A stretch of DNA of 64,000 bases from positions 167,537,036 through 167,601,035 of the forward strand of contig NC_085842.1 of NCBI RefSeq assembly GCF_035594765.1, in the 5' to 3' direction. The notes under the pieces are model-generated. The model was not told the DNA's origin. It was given only the letters and a program-made list of their open reading frames with translations, and did not search any database. Both the position numbers and the translations under genes were made by a program. How positions within the stretch are numbered: position 1 is the stretch's first letter; each line of letters begins with the position of its first letter. The stretch comes from Anolis carolinensis. Its lineage: Eukaryota. This document shows, piece after piece, positions 25,418 to 37,194 of this stretch.

Positions 25418-26876
25418 GTAGTGAGTCCTTCCATTTTTGGAAGCAAACTGTGGACTAGAGAGATAGAAACATCCCAATTCCTGGAGACAGTTTGGAATAG
25501 CAAGCTCATCATTCTGCAAAAACAGGATACAGGAGTCCACATCTCTCTACGGGCCAGACAATTACACTTGCAAATTTGAGGAGAATTAGCCCCGGGTGCA
25601 TCTTGCATGTCTTCCAAGAGAGAAGGCAGAACAATTCTTCCTCCAGGTTTAACTGCTGCATGTCGGCTGGCTGAATTTGCAGAGCTATCCCTAATGAAGT
25701 GAATGAACCAGTGTTGAAATGGTGGGACCCTATAAACTCCAAACCCAATGATCCAGGTTGATGCTTCTGGGACTCTCTTTCCAAGGGACTGATGAGGTAG
25801 CTCAGCACTCCTGTTAGGATGGAAGATTGCTGATGGGAAAGGAACAGAAATCACATAAAAGGGGTGATGTGCCAATGATGCTGTTAGCAAGATATGACTA
25901 TTTTTTCTAAGACCTATGTTGATACAAGACATTCGAGGTGGGGTGGGGCTGCTGGGATCAGGGAGTTAACTATTCATGTAGGACATGATGATTCATATGC
26001 ATTTTTCAAGCTGGGCTTGGTGTGTTTAGAAAGGATGGTGTGGCTGTGTTGCTGGGAGTACACAAACTTGATTGTATGTATCCTGCATTTAGAAATATCA
26101 ATTGACTTTATCACACGAGGCTGTTTAATTGCAGTTACAACAGGATAGTAGCATGTTTGGCATGTTCTTATCAGATTATGTTGTGCCTCTCCTGTTGCTC
26201 TTTGCATTTCAATCAATAGTGGAGCATCAGTTTTCACTGATGGGGCAAACCCATCAATAACTCCCAATATCCCGCATTTTCCAATACCATCCCTTCTGCT
26301 ACAGTTGTGATATTCCAACAGTCACATGGCATGAGTGGACATGATTCTCCTCCTCTTCCCCTCTTCTTCTCACTATTCCCAAGCAGGGTAAGATTGCTTT
26401 TCCTATTTTATAATTTAAAAAAAACTTATAATCAGTAATTGCACAATTGCAGAAAAAAAAATTAAAATTGAAAGTTGCATATGCACTGGTAGGGTTCACA
26501 GGGGCAGGAAGATAGGGCATCCAGGGGCAGGTGACAAACATTGCGAAAGGAACACCATAGCATGATCACAGAAGGGTGTGATAGTGATTGTTTCATTATG
26601 CTTCTGATTGCTTCAAGAAAACAATTGCTGTGATACATCAGGCTTGTGTGATAAAGTCAAATGTGTCAAGAAAGGTGGATCCTTTGCATTGTATATTCTG
26701 TGCAAAACAAACATATTTTCAGATCTCTTTTCCTTTTCTGAACTTGTTGTTATTGTCCATCATTTGTTCTACTCAGGCTATTCACTATGAAAAAATAAGC
26801 TTTAGATACAAATCCAACCCCACTTGAATCCCTGAAAGTCTTATTACCATACTTTTGGGGCATTGTGAATTTTAAT

Positions 26877-27085
26877 AATGTTGTCAAAGGCTTTTATGGC
26901 CGGAATCACTGGGATGCTGTGAGTTTTCAAGGCTGCATGGTCATGTTCCTGAAGCATTGGCAGGCATCCTCAGAGGTTGTAAGGTCTGCTCACAACCTCT
27001 GAGGATACCTGCCATAGATGTGGGTGAAACGTCAGAAGAAAATGCTTCTGGAACATGGCCATACACAGCAACTCGCAGCAACCCA
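26877..27085. mobile_element. Penelope-like element terminal fragment, inverted arrangement
   Basis: Homologous to 63489-63736 and 32783-32906. Confidence 0.8.
26996..27036 (+). ncRNA. Minimal type I hammerhead ribozyme motif (Penelope)
   Basis: cct CTGAGGA t acctgc-loop-gtgggt GAAA cg TC aga. Confidence 0.6.
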
Positions 27086-27921
27086 GATTTTAACAGTTCT
27101 TAACAGTCACTTTTAGACAAATATAGCAACTGTGACAATTAGAAGAAAAAATTATGGAGAAAGGCAAGCGAACAATCTTGTAAGAAAGTTAAATACTATA
27201 TCTTCAACCAGAAATTTTTTTCTTTTTGTGAGGGTGGTGGTGTGGAGGGAGGAAGGAATCTATTCTTGCATGAAATTGCAAACTGCACACAATACTGATG
27301 AATAGCAGTTCCCTGCTAAAACTTCTTTCTGTTGTGACTTGGGAGGAAATTGTCCCTGGGCAAAGATGAAAGGAAACAGTTTGGGAAAATGCCTGGCTTC
27401 AGAGTCAAATCAAGATGCGACGGCACTGCTAAGATGTTACAATGTCTGGATGTGCTAATTTATTTGGAGGCTGTGCATTCAGCTTTTGCTCTTTCAAATG
27501 CAATGAATAGGAAGTATATGTATGGATACTACTTTGATCTAGGAAATGACATCTAACACATTTTTATGTTTTGTGTGCATCAATTTCACTGTGTGCTGGT
27601 GGTACCCTTGGAAATGTACATTTTCTCTGTCTTTTTTCAGCCAGCCATGGCTTCTCCCACCACTCCCCTCTGGTCTTATCATTCTCCTCCCTTAATCTGT
27701 GATGCAGCATTTAGTGAGTCATGCTCAAGTTAAGGACTCTGGTGAACAGATCTCATAAAGGGGCAGATTGATGGAATCATGGATTATTTCAAGAGGAGAT
27801 TTAAAGATATGGAATGGGCACAAAGCACAAATTCCATTGGGTAAATACCACCTGCCACAGATAAGCCTGCCTTGGAGTTATACCTGGAATGGGGAGTAAG
27901 GGGGTCTCACCCCCTGCCCCA

Positions 27922-28192
27922 GGAGCCCTCGGTGGCCTAGGGGATAAAAGCCTTGTGACTTGAAGGTTGGGTTGCTGACCTGAAGGCTGCCAGGTTCGAA
28001 TCCCACCCGGGGAGAGCGCGGATGAGCTCCCTCTATCAGCTCCAGCTCCATGCAGGGACATGAGAGAAGCCTCCCACAAGGATGGTAAAACATCAAAAAC
28101 ATCTGGGCGTCCCCTGGGCAACGTCCTTGCAGACGGCCAATTCTCTCACTCCAGAAGCAACTCAGGTTGCTCATGACATGAAAAAAAAAAAA
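27922..28192 (+). mobile_element. Anolis SINE, near full length
   Basis: Head, B-box ggttcgaatcc, A tail, TSD-like tgcccca. Confidence 0.9.
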
Positions 28193-30187
28193 CCATGCCC
28201 CAGACTAGGTTGCAATGGGGTTGAGCACCTGAAATGACCTTGTAACAACATGGGGCCATTAAATGCTGCAGAATTCAGAGAGGCGCGAATGGAGGGCTTA
28301 AGGGAGAAACATGCCAAGAAGGCATTTCAAGCCACCTCTGACCAGGGCCACCTTCCACCTGGAAACCGATGCCCTCACTGTGGAAGAATATGTGGGTCAA
28401 GGATAGGGCCCCACAGCCACCTACCTAGCACCAGGACACTACACCTGGAAGATGATCACACTCGGACAATGAGGGATTGCCTAAGTGAAAGCGATTACAT
28501 GTTCAATTGCTAACAAATAATATGACAGCTGTTGTCATTGAGTCTTTCCAAGAAAATATCCTGCACATTCTTACTTCAGTATAAGCTCCATTGAAGACAT
28601 GGAGGGAATTTTCTGTGTATACACTGTGCTTGTCAGACTCTTCATGTTTACAGATGCATGAATGGTACCAGATGGGAATAGTCACTTGCCTTCCTCCTGC
28701 AAATAAATAAAATTAATAACAATGCCCACACCCCAGTTTTGAAAATAATTATGGCTCCCTACCCCAATGGTTGGCAGTCCACTTCTGGTTTTGAAAGACA
28801 GGCATTACCAAAAGGTAGGTTAAGTGCTCCTGGAAGCTCCCAGGAGACAATGTGCATCCTGTTTTTCGTTTCTTTCCTGACCATAGAAAGAGTGATTAGG
28901 ATGGGCAAGTCATGAATTGTAATAACAGTATCTTGGGGCCAAACATGAGCATCGTGCTGCCATCTCCCCATCCCTACTTTATGAACACCTACTAAGAGTT
29001 GCAATATCTTATATGCTTCCATGTACTAAGGGACATTTGTGCTTTCATAATGTAAAGAGGCTCCTGCTACATATTTCCTAAACAGAAATGCTGTCAGGGT
29101 GGAAAATCCAGTCTAAGTGAAGTAGCTCTCACTCAAATGTTGATGGAAATATTATAGATTATTCTGATACAGTCTTCTGACTGTTGGAGGATATGGCATC
29201 TCATTGCATGTCATAAGTCGACAAGTAATAAATACTATGGCATTGGTGAATTCCTCAGTATCTTGGCCAACAACATGGTTTCCATAATTTATTGTTTGGC
29301 CACCATATACATGCCTCTCGGGGCTATAGAGGAGCCTTCTCAGACCTGACATTATGCAGATGTGTTACACCTCAACTCCCATCATTGCAGTCAACATGGC
29401 TGTACTTACTTGGGAGGATGGATCTTGTAGTCTAACACATCTGGAGAGCATCAGGTTGGGGAATATGGCTGAAGAATCCATTCTTGAACGGGAACTGGTG
29501 CAGATTCAGAGGACTTTTGAAAATGAAGGGGAGGGTACATCCAAGTATTTTCCTTTCTTCCAGAATCTCCCTAACCATCTCCACATTCCACACTCATTGG
29601 CTCCTTGTCAAGGCAAAAGATCAGTAGAAATTCCTTCCAAGAGCAATGGTACAATAAATGAATTTACAGAAAGAATCAGGGGTAGAGGAAGCCCAGTGAA
29701 CTCAGCCTTTTGTCCCCGATCCCTCTAACAGAAGAACATGTGTTTAATATTGATATTTTGCTTACGATTAAATTATGATTTTGTCACTTGGTTTCCTGCT
29801 TGAAGTTATTGAATTGCCTATAATTTACTATAGTTCAACCTCACCAACAGGGCAAATTAGTTTTTTGCCACAGGTGACAGGCTCAGTTCTTGGTACTCTT
29901 ATTTCTTTCACTTCTGGCCTGGTCATGTTCCCTGCTCTCAAAGAAGGAGGGCTTAGCACAGGACTGGGGATCACCTTGCTCTCCAGAAGTCATTCAACTG
30001 CAGATCCAAGAATCCCTCACTATTGTCCAAGGCTGGGGGAAGTTGCAATCCAGCAAGCTTTTGAAGGCTACACAGTTCTCATCTCTGAATTAGTATGGGC
30101 GTGGTAGTGTAAGGAAAGTCACTTAGTGGTTCTCAATCATTTTACAAAACATTTCAATTGCCAGACAGATTAGGATCATGCTTTGTT

Positions 30188-30250
30188 TACTATACTATAC
30201 TATACTATACTATACTATACTATACTATACTATACTATACTATACTATAC
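30188..30250 (+). repeat. (TATAC)n microsatellite
   Basis: Direct reading. Confidence 0.95.
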
Positions 30251-32054
30251 CTTTCTCCCAAAACTGACATCCAAGGCAACCAATTATCTTTATACCTAAA
30301 TCATTATCCAGCACTCTTTTTTCAGACATGTAAGTGTACACATATCCTAGAGATGGCAAACATATGGTCTTCCAAATGTTGGTGATTACTGTTCTGCCTA
30401 ATATTTTGGCGAAGCAATGTGAGCATAATGAAAGTAGAATATAAAAATATTTGGAGGGTCTACCTTAGTCTCAAAATGGCTTTGTCCACTTATAGAAGTG
30501 GTAGGATCCAAGCAGCATAAGCAGTGTTTCTCTCCCTTAGAATAACTTGCACTGAGAATTTTAGTGACATGGGAAGAAAATCTGTCCTGGAGTCTTGGCG
30601 TATGTGGAAAGGGGGGGGGGGGGGGAAACAAGAGTGCTTTGAATGTTTTTCTGTCATTTTATTTAACCTCCCAGCAGGAGAAGTCTACTGATGGGAATGT
30701 CAAATGCCAAAAGTATTATATTTCTCAAACTATGTGGAGAAATTGCAGAAAAGCAGATAAGTAAACGATAATACTTATTGGGCTCTCAGCAGAATGTTAC
30801 AAACTACAGTACATCCCAGGGGGCCTCCCCGTAATGGTGTCAAGAAGGAGAAGATGCTGTTTGGGCCTTCTTTGACTCTAAGACAAAACAAAGACTTTCA
30901 CCCCACAGCCATGCAGAGCCAGAATCAAGGGCATTGAAGAAACAGACAGGAAATAGGACCATGTGGGGGTCTCCTGAAGGGTGTTTGGATACCAAAAGAA
31001 AGCAAAATGCACTTGGAAAAAACCTGAAATAAATGCTCTCACCCTTCGTGGGGCTTAAATGTCTTACAGGCTTCAGAACCTGTCAGCTTTTTGAATTTAA
31101 GCAAAGTCAGTCCTAGTTAGTACCTGGACAGGAGACAGACAATGAATACCAGGTGCTGTAAGCTATATTGCGGAGAAAGGAACTGGCAAAACCACCTTGA
31201 CAGGCATCTTGAAGGCACGCACACATGCTTCATTTAATAGCCAGTTGACAAGTAAGTGTCTCTGTAGCAAACAACAGCCCAGGAAAGGTGGAACATAGCT
31301 CTTTGGTTTGTACTGAAGTATCAGTACAATGAGGGTTGGAATAGTTAGACTTCACCTGCCCCGAGGCTTAGTTGTTCATTTGTAAAAGGTTGACCCTAAA
31401 ACTTTATGTTGTCTGAGGCACAGGATAAGCGAAATCTGCAAAAACCCCCCCAACACACACACACACACAACAGCAGGTGACTTTCATGTCAGAGAGGTGG
31501 TGAATCTTGAATGCAGACTGAGATCATGACACCAGGGGATTGAGAAGGCATCTTGTACATTTACAGCTTACTCTGCCACCTGTCCAGGCAATTGCTTGTA
31601 TTGCCAGATTCTTTATACCTTTCTTAAATGAGGTATCTAGATCTGATTTCTGTACTCCAGATAAGATATCACTAGTGCAGAATATATTGGAACTATTACT
31701 TCTTTTTGGAGTCAATATAATGTAGTGGTCTGAGAGCTGGACTAGGCCACTGGAGACCTGGGATTGAATCCCCACTTGCCCACAGGAACCCCCGGGTGAC
31801 TTTCAGCAAGTCATGGCTTCAGAGGAAGGCAAAAGCAAACATCTTCTGAAGAAATCTTGCCAAGAAATTCCTGTAATAGGTTTGCCTTAGGATCGCCGTA
31901 AGTCAGAAACGATCTGAATGCACACAACAATTTATTCTCTAGTATTGGAAACTCCCGTTCTAATGTCTTATGCTATTTTTGGAAAAAGAAAGATCAGATG
32001 TTGCCATTCATTTTATAGTCATTCATTTATTACCCTGTAATTTGCAATAATGTT

Positions 32055-32760
32055 TAGTTTTGTTGAAACCGAGGAACTCCCCACCCCCCACCTCCCACCC
32101 CGGATATCCTGTAGGTGTCAGCAAGGGAGCCTGCAATGACCTTTTACCTAGTTTCAGGTGAGTTTTCAATGAATGCATCAGAGATTGTACAAGCAGTATA
32201 TATGCACCCCACACATCAGGACATGTTTCAACATTTAATTTAGGGAAAACCCTGGGAGACACATAATGACCTTAGGAAGAGTCATAGGGGTTTCTCCCTT
32301 AGATTTAATCTCATTTTATTCTTGGGAATGTTTCCTCATCCCAATTGTCAGATCAGACCCCCTTCCTGGGGACCCCATTCAAAGTGGGCCAACACCTTCA
32401 GCACCCATTCTATGGTCAGTTAAAACCCACTGTCCCATTCTGACAGGAGCAGAGCCATCAAGACCCATTATCTCCAGTCCAGCCACGTTCCTTTCCTCCT
32501 GCACCCCCTTCCGAGGCAGGCCAAGAAGAGTCGCTAGAATTCAAATCCAGAAAATGACATATTTTTAAAAATTCCCGCCACACCTGGAGCCAACAGCAGC
32601 GATGATGGATGGCACTTCATTGCCTATCAGAGAGTGGATCCTAGCTGGCACTGACTTAGACCAATCAACAACCAGCATGGCAGAGTGCCTTTGTTTCAAA
32701 TAGCTGTACATAAATCTGTATGTTTGTAATTGTACTTATGTGACTTTTAGAGTGCACAGA
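32055..32760 (+). mobile_element. Old LTR-like element fragment
   Basis: 32319-32397 matches the reverse complement of 61890-61965; boundaries approximate. Confidence 0.5.
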
Positions 32761-32782
32761 TATTTCCACACACATATATAAA

Positions 32783-32906
32783 CCTTCCTTGCTTAGTTTC
32801 TCCATACCTCACAACCTCTGAGGATGCCTGCCATAGATGTGGGCGAAACGTCAGGAGAGAATACTTCTGGAACATGGCCATACAGCCCGGAAAACATACA
32901 ACAACC
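32783..32906 (+). mobile_element. Penelope-like element terminus with hammerhead motif (32815-32855)
   Basis: cctCTGAGGAtgcctgc...gtgggcGAAAcgTCagg. Confidence 0.8.
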
Positions 32907-34181
32907 ACTCTACAACAATAGCTATTCTTAATGCTAAAGAATAAAAATCTAATGCTTTACCTTTTCAAATCAACATTAATGATTATGTGCTAGATTAAAT
33001 AATGTTCCAAGGTCTGAGAAAGAGATGTAGGTGAATCCAACTCACACAACCAGGCTTCATGTGGCCTTGTGTGCATGTAGAAAGGAATGTGTATGTAAAA
33101 TCAGAACAATAAGAACTCAAAAGTTCGAGTACCTCCAAAGGCCCCCCCCCCCCATTTTCTGGACAAGCTAAATAGGGATCGTATCTGGTTTTCATTCCAC
33201 TCCTCCATACTCAGGTTCCCTTTCAGGTTTGAGGCTTCTAAAAAAGAAGTTTAGTTTATTCAGTTATTTCGAAGACATGCACCCCACCTATGCTAAAGTA
33301 CACTTTTGGCCTTTCTTTTAAATGGCAGACATATTTTTTCACTTCCATATATTATACCTTGAAGCAAAATAAAGTCATATTATAGGAAAGTCTACTCTCC
33401 AGAGTATCCTTTATTTACCCCTTATACTATTACCTCAGAGGTGATGAGAATGCTACTAAATTTGGGGGGGGGGGGAGATACATATATGGGGAACCATGAC
33501 ATTTATCAGACTGCAAATGCAGTCCAGACCATAAGGCACAATCTCCTATGCAGGATGAACTGAAATGGATTTCTGACTTATAACATTTTAGATTTCTTTT
33601 TAACTTTTAATCATCCAAGACATGCCGAGACCCCCTGCTTTTCATGGGGAAGCTGTTCTAATTTGGTTTTAATCATTCCTTTCCCATCCCTGAGCTTCAA
33701 TGGTATTATGTTTGTGGCCAGAACGCCAGCACTGCCAGCCTCACACATGAGGAAGCAGGCGCCTTTCAATATTTGGATTCGTGTTTGGGGCTGTCGGCCT
33801 CCTCCCCAGCCTTGCTGTGCGCTTCCAGGGATCCGTTTCACATAAATATCCACTCTTGAGCTCCCCCTGAATCAAACTTGGCTGGGAAAGAAGAAAGGTC
33901 ATCCAGCTTGTACCTCGGCAGCAGTGATGTGCAGAATGCCAATTTTCAACCGCCTTTTAAAAAGATTGTCATTGCCATGTCGTTTCGGAAGCTGCTGTGC
34001 CTTGGAAAAAAAGTAACCATTACTTAATGGATGTAATTGGGGCTTATGAAAGGCATCCTAGAAAAATTAACTCCCACAAGACCACAATATCAGTAGATGT
34101 ATTTATTCTCAAAGAACTTGGTTTTCCTTCCTAGGGATGGCTGCTTCAGAGACAGCTTCTCCATTTTAGCCTATGCATCAT

Positions 34182-34825
34182 TATATCTTTAGAACTTATC
34201 ACTAAAAGACTTTGGAACGACCTTCTGAAAGAGCTCCGATAGCTAAATCAGCTGTTGGAATTAAAATACCATCTAAAGACCTATCTCTTTAGGCAGGCTT
34301 ACACAGCTAGTTTTAAGCATGAATTTTAAAATTGTGTCTTGTGTTTAATCTATGTTCTGTGTATTTTAATATGTATCTTATAGAAATATGTTTTAATATG
34401 TATCTTTCATAAAAAATATATAGGAGTCCCCAATGGCGCAGTGGGTTAAACCCTTGTGCCGGCATGCCTGATGACGTGAAGGTTGGGTTGCTGACCTGAA
34501 GGTTGCCGGTTCGAATCCGACCCGGGGAGAGGGCAGATGAGCTCACTCTGTCAGCTCCAGCTTCATGCAGGGGCATGAGAGAAGCCTCCCACAAGGATGG
34601 TAAATACATCAAAATGTCTGGGCATCCCCTGAGCAACGTCCTTGCAAATGGCCAATTCTCTCACACCAGAAGCGACTTGCAGTTTCTCAAGCTGCTCCTG
34701 ACAGGAAAAAAAAGAAATATATACATTTATACAATTTTTACGTTTTATGTGTTTTAATTATGTTGTAACCTTCCTCGAGCCATGAGGAGGGGCGAGTAAC
34801 AAATAAAATTATTATTATTATTATT
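34182..34825 (+). mobile_element. L2-type 3' fragment with nested Anolis SINE (34423-34713, TSD aaatatata)
   Basis: WNDLxxELR...HLKTYL remnant, SINE, then L2 tail and (TTA)n. Confidence 0.75.
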
Positions 34826-35271
34826 GATACAACGACATAGTATGACACAGCAAACAAGATAGATATGCTGGATTCCCAAGCGTTTAGGACTGTGTGATGT
34901 ATTTTCGGATGATGCGCGCAGATCCCAGTAAGGTGGCCTTTTGCAGTTGACAGATCATAATTTTGTCAATGTTTATTGTTTCCAACTACCGGCTGAGATC
35001 TTTTGGCATGGTACCCAGTGTGCCAATTACCACCGGGACCACCTGTACTGGTTTGTGCCAGAGGCCTTGCAGTTCTGTCTTGAGGTCCTGATAGCGGCTG
35101 AGTTTTTCCTGTTGTTCCTGTCAATCAGACGGTCATCTGGTATGGCGACATCAATAATCGAAACCTTTTTCTTTTCCATGACTATGAGGTCTGGTGTGTT
35201 GTGTTCCAGAACTTTGTCAGTCTGGATTTAAAAATCCCACAGTATCTTTGCATGTTCATTTTCCATTACCT

Positions 35272-35273
<2 letters not shown>
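34826..35273 (-). mobile_element. Dong/R4-clade LINE 3' fragment (restriction-like endonuclease)
   Basis: ILWDF.IQTDKVLEHNTPDL...IIDVAIP...VVIGTLGT...LQKATLLGSARIIRKY; flanked by (TTA)n and (GTT)n. Confidence 0.8.
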
Positions 35274-35312
<39 letters not shown>

Positions 35313-35349
35313 AAAAAGGAGGTCAGGATTCAAATTCCTTTTGAAGTAA

Positions 35350-35776
35350 TGCTCACTACCCACTGAGATCAGGCAAGCTCCCACTCTGTTAGCTTTTAGG
35401 AAAGACTTGAAAACATGGCTCTTCCGCTGTGCTTTCGGTGAGTAATTTCTGTTATATATTTCTGTATTGCTCCCCCCTTAACATCTACCCTCTAGATTGC
35501 CCCACTATCATGTGCCCCTGTCCGCAGTGGAGTACTCCTCTGTTCCTCTCACTCCGAATTTTATCCTTGTGTCCATGCGGCCTGCCCTGTTTTTACTGTT
35601 TTTTGATTTGATTTTATTTTTTTTGATTTAATGTTTATTATAATCTATTGTATTGCTTTTAATTTATGCTATGGTATGCTGTTTTATATTCTATTATGTT
35701 GTATTGCTCTGGGCGTGGCCCCATGTTAGCCGCCCCGAGTCCCCGTTGGGGAGATGGTGGCGGGGTATAAATAAAG

Positions 35777-35821
<45 letters not shown>
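35350..35821 (+). mobile_element. L2 LINE 3' end
   Basis: SLPTEIRQAPTLLAFRKDLKTWLFRCAF* followed by 3' UTR and (TTA)n. Confidence 0.8.
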
Positions 35822-35822
<1 letters not shown>

Positions 35823-37194
35823 TCTGCTCTGACAATCCCTTTCCATTTTCCTATATATAATGGCTATACTAAACATGTTGGATTAACCTGGTACCTATTT
35901 GGAAAGATTTTTCTAACACTATCTAAGACTACTATCTTTTCGAACACTATCTAAGATGGTCTTTCTTGTGTGTTTTCCATCAAGACATAACACAATGACA
36001 AGCAGTTAAGTGATACCAGGCTCAATCGAGACTTGCTGAAACTTTATTATGTCATGAGTTTCCACACCCCACATCAGAGTTGTAGTCCACAATAAAATCA
36101 GTCAACTTAAAATATCACAAGACTGCAACTTGTTTTTGCTGCTATAGACTTAACATAATTACCTCTAATTATGCCTACATTTGGCATAGAAAAAAAGATA
36201 GAGAAAAATTTTAGAAACGATTTTATTTGGTCAGCATTAATAAGAATCTGGGAAAAATATAAAGAAAAATTATATGCGAAAATGCCCCTTTGGATTTCAC
36301 TACTAGAAGCATGCCGTAGCAGAGAAATGGGCAGAGAAGCTTGGCCAACATATAGAGATATTCTGACAAAAAAAATGGGAATGATGTACTTAAAAGCCAA
36401 GAAGAAATGTCGCAACTTTAGAAATGCCTCACGGTTTCCTATACATACAAATGAAAGAATATTTTAACAAAGACAAAAAGGTAGGCTTTGCCAATAAAAA
36501 CTCATTTTGGGATATAGTAATGCAAACAGAAAAGAAAGATATAACGAAAATTTATTTTAAAAAACCAATTAGAATGGTCGATGGATACAGAATTAATAAA
36601 AGACTGTATGGTCAAATGGGCAGAAAACATTGGGAAACCAATAAGACTAGAAGAATGGGAAAATATATGGTCTTCCAAAATAAACTACACCTATGCAGCA
36701 GATCTAAAAGAAAATTGGTTTAAAATGTTTTATAGGTGGCACATCACCCCGCAAAAATTGGCCAAATTTTATAAAAAATACTTCAAATAAGTGTTGGAAA
36801 TGTGGAAAATATGAGGGTACGTTCTTTCATTGTTGGTGGACTTGCGAAAAAGCCAAGATATTATGGAAAGAGATTCAACAAAGGATACAAAAAATCCTGC
36901 AAATAAAGATTGAGCTTGGGCCTAAAGTCTTTTTATTATGAATGTTGGACATACAAAAGGAAAAAAATAAGGAAAAATTGTTCTTTTATATGGTGACAGC
37001 AGCCAGATTAACCTATGCCAAACAGTGGAAGGAAAAGGACATACTGGAAATCAATAGATGGTTGACCAAGATTATGAACATGGACAGACTTACATATTTA
37101 CTAAAAACTAATCAAGGTATACCAAGAAAGCAAACAGATTGGCAACCAGTAAAATAATTTTTAAACAAGGAAGAAATTAAAATCATATTCCAAA

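Noticed and set aside
25342-25932. 196-aa antisense ORF over the GMIP stop and 3' UTR
   Set aside because: No recognisable domain or supporting signals; likely chance.
27922-28010. tRNA gene-like A/B boxes
   Set aside because: These are SINE heads, not cloverleaf tRNAs.
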